Positions 50,986 through 60,351 of a stretch of 64,000 bases of DNA are shown here, piece by piece (positions within the stretch are counted from its first letter, which is position 1; the number at the start of each line of letters is the position of its first letter). The stretch lies in contig CAWBYM010000004.1 in NCBI GenBank assembly GCA_963792945.1, forward strand, positions 397,800 to 461,799, in the 5' to 3' direction. The notes below the pieces were generated by a model that made no database searches, had not been told where the DNA came from, and worked only from the letters and a program-made list of their open reading frames with translations. The position numbers and the translations under genes are program-made. The DNA is from an uncultured delta proteobacterium (GTDB taxonomy: Bacteria; Desulfobacterota; Desulfobacteria; Desulfobacterales; SG8-13).

Positions 50986-52125
50986 TTAGAAAACCTTAAG
51001 CATATCTGTGCGGGTGTCAATCAGGACATGGCCGGCAGCAGCGGTCTTGCCTTGCAGCAGCCGGTTGATGTGCTCAATGATGATTGGCACAGCCGGCGGG
51101 ATCCTATCACTCGATTCGGATATATTGCGGATCATTGAAAGGTGGGTGCCAGGGACTGTCAGCAGGGGGACACCTTCCAGGCGTGCGGAATCGATGGTGA
51201 CCAGGCCGTCTCCCAGTCCTTGGGTCATCGACTGGAGTGTTTGCTCGAGATCGGTGATGATCGCCTGCATGCTTTCGGGCAACCGGCCGCGCATGGTCTG
51301 AGCCAGAGACTTTATTTCTCCATCGTCCCAGGGACTGGCGATGCCGGCAATGACCAGCATTCCGATTCCGGCGGGATGGGGACGGGCGTTCAGTGTTTCG
51401 AGGAACCGGCTTCCAGGCAGCAAGTCGAGCTTGGCTTCACCGGCTCCGTCAAGAATTCCGCCGAGCCAGTGGCCGTCGCCTTCCGCAAAGCGGGTCAGTT
51501 GGTCCCGCAATTCGGTAAACCCCCGCAGGCGTGCGATTTCCGAGCCTTTGTTCGGTGTTCCGACCATGATCAGACTATCCACGACCGGTAATTGACCGTT
51601 TTTCATTCGGCCGATGTAGTCGATCCGAGGGTCGGTGAGCATTTCCCGGGAAACAAGCCCGCCCATACTGTGGGCAACGATGGCGACGTGCCTGACCCCG
51701 CGGGCCCGCAGTTCGGCCATCTCAGCGGAAAAGAATTGAGCCGAATCGTTTACCGGCTGATCGTTTGGGTAGGACATGATCCAGACCCGGTGGGGCTGGG
51801 CCGCCAGTGTCGGTGCTAGATTCATCCAGATTTTACCCGGGTCATCGAGGCCGTGGATCAATACGATGTCTGGGCCACCGTATTCACTTTCCGCACCGGA
51901 TTCCTGGGCGGCGTTGTATGGCTGAAGCCCGAATGATGCATATACCTCGGCGGCTTGATCCGGGAAAAATGCTGCTACGGTCTTCCGAAACCACTGGCGT
52001 GCAGACTTTTCTTCTTCCCGAAAGTTGTCCAGAACGAACAGCCCCATACCGATCACCAGTAGGATCAGAACTGCAGCCAACAGCCTCAGGCGAAGCTTGG
52101 GTGTGCTTTTTGGGCGTGGCTTCAT
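50986..52125 (-). CDS. membrane-anchored alpha/beta hydrolase (lipase/esterase-like)
   Basis: 379 aa with an N-terminal TM helix (LLAAVLILLVIGMGLFVL) and the nucleophile elbow AHSMGG. Confidence 0.75.
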   Translation of the reverse strand: MKPRPKSTPKLRLRLLAAVLILLVIGMGLFVLDNFREEEKSARQWFRKTVAAFFPDQAAEVYASFGLQPYNAAQESGAESEYGGPDIVLIHGLDDPGKIWMNLAPTLAAQPHRVWIMSYPNDQPVNDSAQFFSAEMAELRARGVRHVAIVAHSMGGLVSREMLTDPRIDYIGRMKNGQLPVVDSLIMVGTPNKGSEIARLRGFTELRDQLTRFAEGDGHWLGGILDGAGEAKLDLLPGSRFLETLNARPHPAGIGMLVIAGIASPWDDGEIKSLAQTMRGRLPESMQAIITDLEQTLQSMTQGLGDGLVTIDSARLEGVPLLTVPGTHLSMIRNISESSDRIPPAVPIIIEHINRLLQGKTAAAGHVLIDTRTDMLKVF

Positions 52126-52532
52126 CCGGTATTGTCTACTTCCTTATAAAAGGGGATGTTGTTTTCTTAACTCAAAAAAGAGTGAAGGTGATGCCGGTAA
52201 TTCAAAATCCACAATTCTCAATCCAGGATATAGATGGAGAGGTGCGTTGTTGGGAACGAAACGCTTTGCCAGCATCCACCATAGTCGATTCAATCGCCAA
52301 TGTCAGAATTATTTACCGATTGGGCCTTTTCTGAAATCCCGTTCCTCCCTTTTTCAAAAGGGGGCGCCGGAGGACTTTGTACTGCCGCACCTTCTTCGTC
52401 CGGAACGTATTTATGACATCTCAATCGAGGATGGAGCGGGTCCAGAGCGGATTTAGGCGCTAAGCCCGAATGGGGCGAAGCGATCCGGCAAGCCTATACG
52501 CTTGCCTATTGTTTCACCTCAGTTTTTTTAGC

Positions 52533-52561
52533 TTGACAAACCGGGCTTTAATGTGTAGATA
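52533..52561 (+). promoter_or_regulatory. sigma-70-like promoter (TTGACA-N17-TAGATA) for the MarR gene
   Basis: -35 at 52533..52538 and -10 at 52556..52561. The ATG at 52570 is only 8 nt past the -10 and no SD is present. Confidence 0.4.
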
Positions 52562-52569
52562 CAGACATT

Positions 52570-53025
52570 ATGGCTGACCAAGATTTCGAAAGATTGAAGG
52601 GCATCTGCCTCAAAGTGGCCGATTCCTGCATGGGCATTCGGGTCCGGCGTGCGGCGCGCGTCGTCAACAACCATTACGACGAGCACCTGAAGCCGGCCGG
52701 CCTGAAAGGCACCCAGTTCAATCTCCTCAACGCCATTTATCTGAACCCCAGTGCCACTATCAGCAAGGTCGCCAAAATGATGCTTCTAGATCGGACAACC
52801 CTGAATCGCAACCTCAAGCCACTTGAGCGCGAGGGGTTGATCCAATCGGGTCACGGAAAAGATCTGCGCACACGCACGCTTGAGCTGACTTCCAAGGGTG
52901 TGGGCGTGCTGCAGCAGGCTCTTCCGCTATGGCTGGAAGCTCAAACGGCCGTGGTCGACACGATGGGGGGGCGGATGCAGCGGTTGGGCGAGGATCTGGG
53001 TGAACTCGAAAGTTTGAGCCGCTGA
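52570..53025 (+). CDS. MarR-family transcriptional regulator
   Basis: 151 aa with a winged-helix segment (GTQFNLLNAIYLNPSATISKVAKMMLLDRTTLNRNLKPLEREGLI). Confidence 0.85.
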   Translation: MADQDFERLKGICLKVADSCMGIRVRRAARVVNNHYDEHLKPAGLKGTQFNLLNAIYLNPSATISKVAKMMLLDRTTLNRNLKPLEREGLIQSGHGKDLRTRTLELTSKGVGVLQQALPLWLEAQTAVVDTMGGRMQRLGEDLGELESLSR

Positions 53026-53194
53026 TCTGACGAGCCGGCACGACGCCCATATCATTAGTGTTTCTACCGGCCCATGTGTAGAAGCCGCAAGGGGAATCCG
53101 CGCGCCATAGGTGAGCGGCCATGCGACTCGACTATCCCCGCTTGGGACCGGAGTCTATTCCTGCGTCCGAAAAACCCATCATCCCCGCCACTTT

Positions 53195-53848
53195 TCAGGA
53201 AACCAACCCGTTTTTCACAAGATCGCGGCGGACATCGAAAAAATTTTCCCATTCGATATACGGCTTGCCTTTAGAAGAGAGGTAACCGGCGAGGTGACCG
53301 CGGGCAAAAACGACATCAGCGGCCATGGCGATATTCAGGTCGGTGATGCCGTCGCCGATGACTATCGAACGTTCATAGGTGTATCGATTCATCACGCGGG
53401 TCTTGGCCACCAGTTCCGAGCGGCTCTCGAAGGCCGACGACACACGCAGGAATCCGCCGGCGATACCGGTTTCGGCCGCATAGATAGCCTGGATGCGGTT
53501 GCGGTAAGGTGTCAGTTTGGCCGAGACCGATTCCACCAGGCCGCCGGATACCACCACAAAGGGGACGCCGCGGTGGTGCAGGAAATCGAGAAGTTCGGCA
53601 AAACCTTCCCGGATCTTTTTGTCTTCGATGTATTGCAGAACCTGGGCGCGGCGCCCGGCCGGTATCGACTCGACCAGACGACGAACCGCATCCTTGAGGG
53701 TGAGTTGTCCGTCAATCAGCCGGGCCTCCACATCGTCGTAAGGCAAGGTGGCGAACTGTTTGAGCATTCCCACGAAAGTCTCCTCGACGGTTATGGTACC
53801 GTCGAAGTCGCAGAATACAACTTCCTTGTGAGAGATGGCACCCATCAT
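53195..53848 (-). CDS. HAD-IB family phosphatase (MtnX / phosphoserine phosphatase-like)
   Basis: 217 aa with HAD motif I FCDFDGTIT, motif II VVSGG and motif III/IV (GDGITD). Confidence 0.75.
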   Translation of the reverse strand: MMGAISHKEVVFCDFDGTITVEETFVGMLKQFATLPYDDVEARLIDGQLTLKDAVRRLVESIPAGRRAQVLQYIEDKKIREGFAELLDFLHHRGVPFVVVSGGLVESVSAKLTPYRNRIQAIYAAETGIAGGFLRVSSAFESRSELVAKTRVMNRYTYERSIVIGDGITDLNIAMAADVVFARGHLAGYLSSKGKPYIEWENFFDVRRDLVKNGLVS

Positions 53849-53857
53849 CGGCCCGCT

Positions 53858-54988
53858 TTACCCCTCCATCGCACGGTCAAGATCGGTGATGATATCCTCC
53901 ACGTCTTCGATGCCCACCGACAGACGGAAAAGACCGTCGGAGATACCCAGCTCGGATCTTTCGGCGGCGGATAATTTGACGTGGGACGTTGCCGCCGGTG
54001 AGCAGATGATGGTCTCCACCCCGCCGAGGCTCAAAGCCGGGCGGATCATCTCGAGTGAACGGACGAACTGTCGCGGTTCGATTTTCGCTTCAAGCAACTC
54101 GAAAGAGAGCATACCCCCGAAACCGCGCATCTGGTTACGGGCAACTTCGAAACCCGGATGATTTTCCAATCCGGGGTAATAAACTCGTTTGACATTTTCA
54201 TGGCTTGCGAGGTGCCTTGCTACTGCCAAGGCGTTGTTGTTCTGTTTTTCGACCCTGATGCCGAGCGTTTTCAAACTCCGCTCCAATAAATGGCAGGTGA
54301 CGGCGTTCAGACTGCCGCCGAAATTGACCGCCGATGACTTGATGCGGTCGATGAGCGGACGGCTGCCCAGAACGGTACCGCAGCAGATGTCACTGTGGCC
54401 GCCGAGGTATTTGGTTCCGCTGTGGGCGACGATGTCGATCCCCATATCGGCTGGATTCTGGTTTATGGGCGATGCGAAGGTGTTGTCGATGGCACTGGTA
54501 ATTCCATGTTCGCGGGCGATTTTGGCCACGGCTTCGATGTCGGTTATCATGAGCAGCGGGTTGGACGGGGTTTCGATGTAGATCAACTTGGTATTGTCTC
54601 GAATGGCCTGTTCGAAATTTTCGGGACGGTTGGCTACAAACGTGTATTCGATGCCGAATCTGTCGAACTCCGCCGTAGCGAAGTGATGCGTGCCGCCGTA
54701 GATATCACGCTGCATGACCACGTGATCGCCCTGGCCGACAAAGGCGTAGACGACGGTGCTGATTGCGGCCATGCCCGAACTGAAGAGCAGACCGCTTTCT
54801 GTCTTTTCGAGCGCACAGAGCTTGGCGATCACCGCCTTCTGGTTGGGCGTATTGAAATAGCGCGGATAAACGTTTTCGTCCGCATCCAAATAGACAAAAG
54901 AGGATGAGGTAAAGATCGGCGAGTTCAGTCCCCCGCTAAAACGGTCAGATATAGTGCCGGTGTGAACGCATTGGGTTCCTTTGCCCAT
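53858..54988 (-). CDS. Cys/Met-metabolism PLP-dependent enzyme (cystathionine gamma-synthase / beta-lyase family)
   Basis: 376 aa with NPLLMITDIEAVAKIA, HSGTKYLGGHSD (PLP lysine) and LSVGIEDVEDI. Confidence 0.9.
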   Translation of the reverse strand: MGKGTQCVHTGTISDRFSGGLNSPIFTSSSFVYLDADENVYPRYFNTPNQKAVIAKLCALEKTESGLLFSSGMAAISTVVYAFVGQGDHVVMQRDIYGGTHHFATAEFDRFGIEYTFVANRPENFEQAIRDNTKLIYIETPSNPLLMITDIEAVAKIAREHGITSAIDNTFASPINQNPADMGIDIVAHSGTKYLGGHSDICCGTVLGSRPLIDRIKSSAVNFGGSLNAVTCHLLERSLKTLGIRVEKQNNNALAVARHLASHENVKRVYYPGLENHPGFEVARNQMRGFGGMLSFELLEAKIEPRQFVRSLEMIRPALSLGGVETIICSPAATSHVKLSAAERSELGISDGLFRLSVGIEDVEDIITDLDRAMEG

Positions 54989-55101
54989 ATCGATTCTCCT
55001 TTATGACCAGTGAGTGTGCCGTATTAACCGCCCCTGTGCCCTGTTGATCGTGTTGACCGGCAGGCGATAGGCTGATGTTCGTCTATTTAAATGTCAGTCT
55101 T

Positions 55102-57498
55102 TCAACGGGGTGTCAATACCAGCTTGGCTTCGGCATGACGCTCGATGTCGGATCGATCCAGCCAACTCGGGCGGTACCGGTCGTTGAGATAGAGTTCGAT
55201 TTGGTCCTGATAGTGCGAACTTCCGAGCAGGCCCGATTGTCCGGTGGGAAGAACGTGAAAGGCCGTCTGCGGGGCGGTGAGATCAACGATCATCCGTTGC
55301 GATACGCCTTCTTGGACGGCAAATGGGGTGCGGTAGTCGTATTGTTTCTTGTTGACCGTCAGGTGGCTGCCGGGTGTCTGGAAGGGCCCCAGATTCAGAA
55401 TCCGGTTCAGCGGTTTTCGCTTGCCAAGGACATGGCGGAAGGTCAGGGTGTGCAGGCGTCCCCAATACCATTGGTCGGCCGCCGTCCCCCACCGGTCCTT
55501 CAGGTCTGCGAAAGCCTGCTGCATGCTTTTCTGGAGGATGACCGCCAGGGTCTCGACTTCAGGCGTTCGCACGTCGTCCAGCCAGGCCGACCGTCCGGAG
55601 GTCAGGATGTGCCGCAGTGCTCGCGGCGCAAAAATCGTCAGGTCCACATAGCGGTCATAGAGGTCGGATCCAAGTTCATCCTTGAATATGTTTTCAAGGA
55701 GCTTGAGGTAGGTGGTCTCGACCATGGCTGCAGCCGCACTGTCCCGGGACATTTGAAAATCCCATTTTTCTAATATCTCCCGAAAAGTTTTATCCTGAAA
55801 TTCTTCCAAGCGTTCTTCCAGGACGCGTCGCATGGCAACGGACAGTTCCGTAGCCAGCGGAGAGATGACATCGGACTGCATGGCCATCATGTCTTTGACT
55901 GACAAACGCGGTTTTGCTTCGATCAGGTGCCGGATGCGGCTGATACGGTCCATGGGTTCCCAATACGTACTGATGAGCTGGGGGTATTCATTTCCTGCAA
56001 CCGGGTTGTTGGCACTGGCGATATACCCTTCCTCAGGATCAATAACATGCGGCAGTTTCTCGAAAGCAACAAAGCCTGTCCACTCGGCCTTGCCCGTCCA
56101 ACCGTTGTGCGGCAGCAGGCCGTTGCCTGTGGGGCGAATGGGGACGGCGGCGCTGCACCAATACCCGATCGATCCGCGGGTGTCAGCGAAAACGAAGTTC
56201 TGTCCGGGGGATTTCCAGAATGCGAGCGCGGCGACCACCTCTGAGGTATCACCGGCCTTCAACAGCCGGTAGGCGGCCCGGGCCGGCGCATCTAACTCGA
56301 AAAAGGCCCAGCGGGCAGAAACCACATTTTCGTCGGTGATCGCTGCCTCCGACGCCGTATTCGATACAATCGGGCCGTGGCGGGTCATCCGGATTTCGAT
56401 TTCAAGCGGTTCAGCGTCTTTGATGCGAAGAGTTTCAACCCGGGTGCGCATCTTCTCCCAACGGTTTGCGTAACGGTACTGCAATGGATCCTGGGGATGG
56501 AGCTGTTCGATGTAGAAATCAACATCGTCCACCATGACATTGGTAACGCCCCAGGCCACTTGACGGTTTCGGCCGACCGGCAGGCCGGGTAATCCGGGAA
56601 TGGCGAAACCGGTGGCATCGATCGTCGGACAGACCAGGTGGACCTCCCACCAGAGCGAGGGGTTCGACAGGGTCATATGGGTATCGTTGGCCAGAAGAGG
56701 TAGGCCGGTTTCGGTGCGGCCCCCGGAAATCACCCAGTTATTGCTGGCCGGTCCCGGCGAGAATCCAGCCAGATGGCCCAAGGATTGTGCCGGCGCCGGT
56801 GGCGTCGGCATGCGGATCGGCAGGGCCTCGCCCACGATGGGCCGGGCGCTGCCGGTTGAGGTCGGGAACGCTTCCTGAAACCTTTCATCTCCGACTTCCC
56901 GCAGAACATCGGCCGCCACCAGATCGACCTTCCAGCCGATGCTCAAACCCCAGCTGACCAGGGTGAGGATGGAGAAGTAGTCTTCCGGCTTCCATGAATC
57001 GGGGCGAAATCCGAGCAGCTTGAACTCAAGAGGCAACCGGTCCTGACGGTTTTCGATATAAGCGTTAATGCCGGCAGCGAATGCGTCGGTCATGAAGGTC
57101 AGGTCCTGCGGCAACGAGCGATTTGTTCGGGCGGCAGCCAGGGTTCTAAAAAAACGGTCGACCTCGAGAGCCTCCCGGCCGAATATTTCAGATAGACGGC
57201 CCTGGCCGACACGACGGTAGAATTCCATTTGCCACAGGCGATCCTGCGCCATGGTATACCCCAGGCCGAAGAACAGGTCCGATTCATTGCGGGCGAAAAC
57301 ATGGGGAACGCCCCAATTGTCGCGGATGATTTCAACCGTGTCCAGGAGGCCTGAAACGGTGACTTCGCCATCCGTCGTCGGTTGGCTTTCGGCTACTGCA
57401 CTCCGATACCAGAAAACGACGGCGGCGGCGCCAACGGTAACAAGGATGGCGACCCCCAGTGATCCAATCAGCAGCCATTTGGCAAGACGGCTACCCAT
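55102..57498 (-). CDS. penicillin acylase (S45 Ntn-hydrolase) family protein, possibly an acyl-homoserine-lactone acylase
   Basis: About 798 aa. N-terminal TM/signal (LAKWLLIGSLGVAILV) and the beta-subunit N-terminal nucleophile context GPASNNWVISG. The ATG at 57498 (SD GAGGGG) is preferred over 57519. Confidence 0.88.
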   Translation of the reverse strand: MGSRLAKWLLIGSLGVAILVTVGAAAVVFWYRSAVAESQPTTDGEVTVSGLLDTVEIIRDNWGVPHVFARNESDLFFGLGYTMAQDRLWQMEFYRRVGQGRLSEIFGREALEVDRFFRTLAAARTNRSLPQDLTFMTDAFAAGINAYIENRQDRLPLEFKLLGFRPDSWKPEDYFSILTLVSWGLSIGWKVDLVAADVLREVGDERFQEAFPTSTGSARPIVGEALPIRMPTPPAPAQSLGHLAGFSPGPASNNWVISGGRTETGLPLLANDTHMTLSNPSLWWEVHLVCPTIDATGFAIPGLPGLPVGRNRQVAWGVTNVMVDDVDFYIEQLHPQDPLQYRYANRWEKMRTRVETLRIKDAEPLEIEIRMTRHGPIVSNTASEAAITDENVVSARWAFFELDAPARAAYRLLKAGDTSEVVAALAFWKSPGQNFVFADTRGSIGYWCSAAVPIRPTGNGLLPHNGWTGKAEWTGFVAFEKLPHVIDPEEGYIASANNPVAGNEYPQLISTYWEPMDRISRIRHLIEAKPRLSVKDMMAMQSDVISPLATELSVAMRRVLEERLEEFQDKTFREILEKWDFQMSRDSAAAAMVETTYLKLLENIFKDELGSDLYDRYVDLTIFAPRALRHILTSGRSAWLDDVRTPEVETLAVILQKSMQQAFADLKDRWGTAADQWYWGRLHTLTFRHVLGKRKPLNRILNLGPFQTPGSHLTVNKKQYDYRTPFAVQEGVSQRMIVDLTAPQTAFHVLPTGQSGLLGSSHYQDQIELYLNDRYRPSWLDRSDIERHAEAKLVLTPR

Positions 57499-58774
57499 GG
57501 GCCGGCCCCTCGGGTGCATCCAGCGGCCGGTTCTGGCTTCGGTTCGCCGGAATCGCTTTGCCCCTCCGACCGATCAGCAGCAGGGAAATCGGTCCCAGGG
57601 CGCAGCCGGCGGCCATGGTGATATACGCCATGCCCCAGGCGACGGACAGGAGTGGATTGAACAGATCGAGTACCAGGCCGACGGACAAGGGACCGAGGAA
57701 GGCCGCTCCGAAGCCAAGGGTCGAGTGCAGGGCCAGCGTTGCGCCGCGATGCCCCACCGGTGCGGCCTCCACGGCTCCAGCCGTCAATGCCGCCGAATCA
57801 CCAACGACCGTTATACCGTGCAGGACGCAAAGGGCGGCCACCAGGGCATAGGGTAGGGATGGCGTAAAACCGATCACGGTACAGAGGAGGGCGGATAGGG
57901 TCATGATGATCGTGATGACTTTGCGGCGACCGAACACCCGGGCCATTTCGTTGCCGGCGATGCTGGCGGGGAGGCCGATCAGGCCTATTGCGAATGCCAG
58001 TTGAGTCGCTGAAAACCTGAAATCGGCCGATGCCTGAAGGGTTTCACTGTAGGTGAGAAACGCAACGATCCACGATCGTACGCTAAAAAGCTCCCACATG
58101 TGGGCTGCATAACAGAAGATGTAGGCCATGGCGCTTCCGGCGGCCAGAACCGGGCGAAAATCGATCCAGGTTTCGGCCGAACCGGATGGTGGACGCGTCT
58201 GGCCCTGCGGCAGGCTGCAAACGGCCAGAAACAGGGCGCCCATGGCGCAGGCCGACGCAAAGCCGAATGCCCAACGCCAGCCGAACGGGCCGCTGATTTC
58301 GCCTGCCAGCAGGTAGGACAGGCTGAGGCCGATTGAAAATGACGCCGTGTAAAAGGAGACGTAACGGCTTTGCAGGTGGCCTTCGGTATGGTCGCCGAGC
58401 AGTTTGAGCCCCGGCATATAGATACCGGCCAGGCTGATGCCGGCGAGGAATCGAAACACCATGGCCGACCAGAAGCCCGAGGCCAGAAGGGCGAATCCGG
58501 CGGCGGATACGGCGGCGCCAAGCGATCCGGCGAAAACAACGCGCCGTGCATCGATGCGATCGGTGACACTGACCAGGAGCGGCACGCTGATCATATAACC
58601 GCCATAATATACCGCGCTGATCCATCCGGCCTGGGTGTTGCTGAGATGCCATTCACGCGCAAATTCCGGTAAAAGGGCCGGAAAGGTGGCGATGCCGATC
58701 AGGCCGAATATTTCAACCAGGCAGAGAGACAGCGTGATGCGGAAAGGGGACATCGGCAAACCCCAGAGAAGCAT
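57491..58774 (-). CDS. MFS transporter
   Basis: 427 aa with about 12 TM helices and an MFS loop-2/3-like motif (VTDRIDARRV). Confidence 0.85.
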   Translation of the reverse strand: MLLWGLPMSPFRITLSLCLVEIFGLIGIATFPALLPEFAREWHLSNTQAGWISAVYYGGYMISVPLLVSVTDRIDARRVVFAGSLGAAVSAAGFALLASGFWSAMVFRFLAGISLAGIYMPGLKLLGDHTEGHLQSRYVSFYTASFSIGLSLSYLLAGEISGPFGWRWAFGFASACAMGALFLAVCSLPQGQTRPPSGSAETWIDFRPVLAAGSAMAYIFCYAAHMWELFSVRSWIVAFLTYSETLQASADFRFSATQLAFAIGLIGLPASIAGNEMARVFGRRKVITIIMTLSALLCTVIGFTPSLPYALVAALCVLHGITVVGDSAALTAGAVEAAPVGHRGATLALHSTLGFGAAFLGPLSVGLVLDLFNPLLSVAWGMAYITMAAGCALGPISLLLIGRRGKAIPANRSQNRPLDAPEGPAHG

Positions 58775-58959
58775 TAAATGAGAATAACATCAAGTGAGCC
58801 CTACGGGAACCTGCTATTCCGGCAGAGGTGGGCTGATTATGGTATTGGAGAGCGCTCCGTTTTTTCGTCGGATTTTGCTTTGTCTTGCCGGTGCTCATGA
58901 CGTTTTTCAACACCCTTGCTAAGGCCCCCCAGCCGTATCAAAGGGGTAACAGAACCTTA

Positions 58960-60351
58960 TCACGACCGGTAGGGATCCGCCTTTATTTCGTATCGCCGCA
59001 GGATCTGCTGAAGAGCTTGGCGCTCGAGCCCACACTGGCGCGCGGCCTGGGTGACGTTGCCTTTATTGTCAGCGAGTAGCCGGGCAAAGTAATCCTGATT
59101 GAACCGGAGCAGCGTTTTTTCCTTGGCCTCTTTGTAGGGCATTCTGCACACATCCATCTCACCCGGGGTACAGATGGATTCCCTTTTGTCTAATTCTACG
59201 TCTGCGGGTCGAATCTCGTCCGTGGAGGAGAAGAGAATGCCCTGCATGATCACATTCTCGAGTTCGCGGACATTGCCTTCCCAATGGCGGTTGGCAAAGA
59301 TATCCATCAATTCGAGCGATAGGGTCTTGAGCGGTTTATCCAGTTTGGCACAGTGCTTTTCGAGCAGGTAATTGGCTATGAGGGGAATATCCTCCGGATG
59401 TTCACTCAGCGACGGCAATTTGATGGGCAGCACATTCAGGCGATAGTAAAAATCGTCTCTGAATTCACCATTTTTGATTTTATTTTCGAGATTCTGGTTG
59501 GTCGAGGCGATGATTCGTACATCGACGGATATCGATTTGGTGGACCCCAGGGGTTTGATCTCTTTTTCCTGCAGGACCCGCAACAGTTTGGTTTGAATCG
59601 TCGGGCTGATGTCACCGATTTCATCCAGGAAAATGGAGCCCCCGTGGGCTTCCTGGAAAAGGCCGATCTTGTTCTGGGCGGCATGGGTGAAGGCGCCCTT
59701 CTTGTACCCGAAAAGTTCGCTTTCCAGTATGTGCTCCGGCACCGTGGGGCAGTTGACAGCCACAAACGGCCCGGTGCTGCGGTCGCTCAGGTTGTGGACC
59801 GCTCTCGCCACCAGCTCTTTGCCGGTTCCCGATTCACCGGTTATCAGAACCGTCAGTTTGTTTTTGGCGACCATTTGAATGGTCTCGTAGACCCGGTTCA
59901 TGGCTGCGCTTTTGCCGACGATGTTCTGAAAGGCCATGTTTTCACGACACTCCATCTGCAGTCTTTGGTTTTCCGTCAGCAGGCGGCTTCTCTCCAACGC
60001 TTTTTCGAGGCGGATGATCAGCGCATCGTGATCGAACGGTTTGGTGACAAAATCATAGGCCCCGTTGCGCATGGCCTCTACGGCCGTATCGACTGTTCCG
60101 TATGCGGTCATCATGACGACGGTCAACTCCGGTTTTTCGCGCTTGATCAGTTCCAAAAGCTCGAGCCCGTCCATTTCCGGCATCTTGATGTCGGCCAGCA
60201 CGAGGTCGAACCGGTTGCGCGATAGGGCCTGGAGGGCTTCCGTGCCCGATGAGGCCGTCATGATCCGGCAGTCAAGATCCGGGGTCAGGCTGCGTTTTAG
60301 AAGCTGCAACATATCCCGTTCATCATCGACGATGAGAATCTGTCTTTGCAT
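58960..60351 (-). CDS. sigma-54-dependent response regulator (NtrC family: REC-AAA+-Fis HTH)
   Basis: 463 aa with REC (ILIVDDE..DLVLADIKMP), sigma-54 AAA+ motifs GESGTGKE and GAFTHA (GAFTGA variant), and a C-terminal HTH. The antisense ORF 59353..60225 is a shadow. Confidence 0.95.
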   Translation of the reverse strand: MQRQILIVDDERDMLQLLKRSLTPDLDCRIMTASSGTEALQALSRNRFDLVLADIKMPEMDGLELLELIKREKPELTVVMMTAYGTVDTAVEAMRNGAYDFVTKPFDHDALIIRLEKALERSRLLTENQRLQMECRENMAFQNIVGKSAAMNRVYETIQMVAKNKLTVLITGESGTGKELVARAVHNLSDRSTGPFVAVNCPTVPEHILESELFGYKKGAFTHAAQNKIGLFQEAHGGSIFLDEIGDISPTIQTKLLRVLQEKEIKPLGSTKSISVDVRIIASTNQNLENKIKNGEFRDDFYYRLNVLPIKLPSLSEHPEDIPLIANYLLEKHCAKLDKPLKTLSLELMDIFANRHWEGNVRELENVIMQGILFSSTDEIRPADVELDKRESICTPGEMDVCRMPYKEAKEKTLLRFNQDYFARLLADNKGNVTQAARQCGLERQALQQILRRYEIKADPYRS

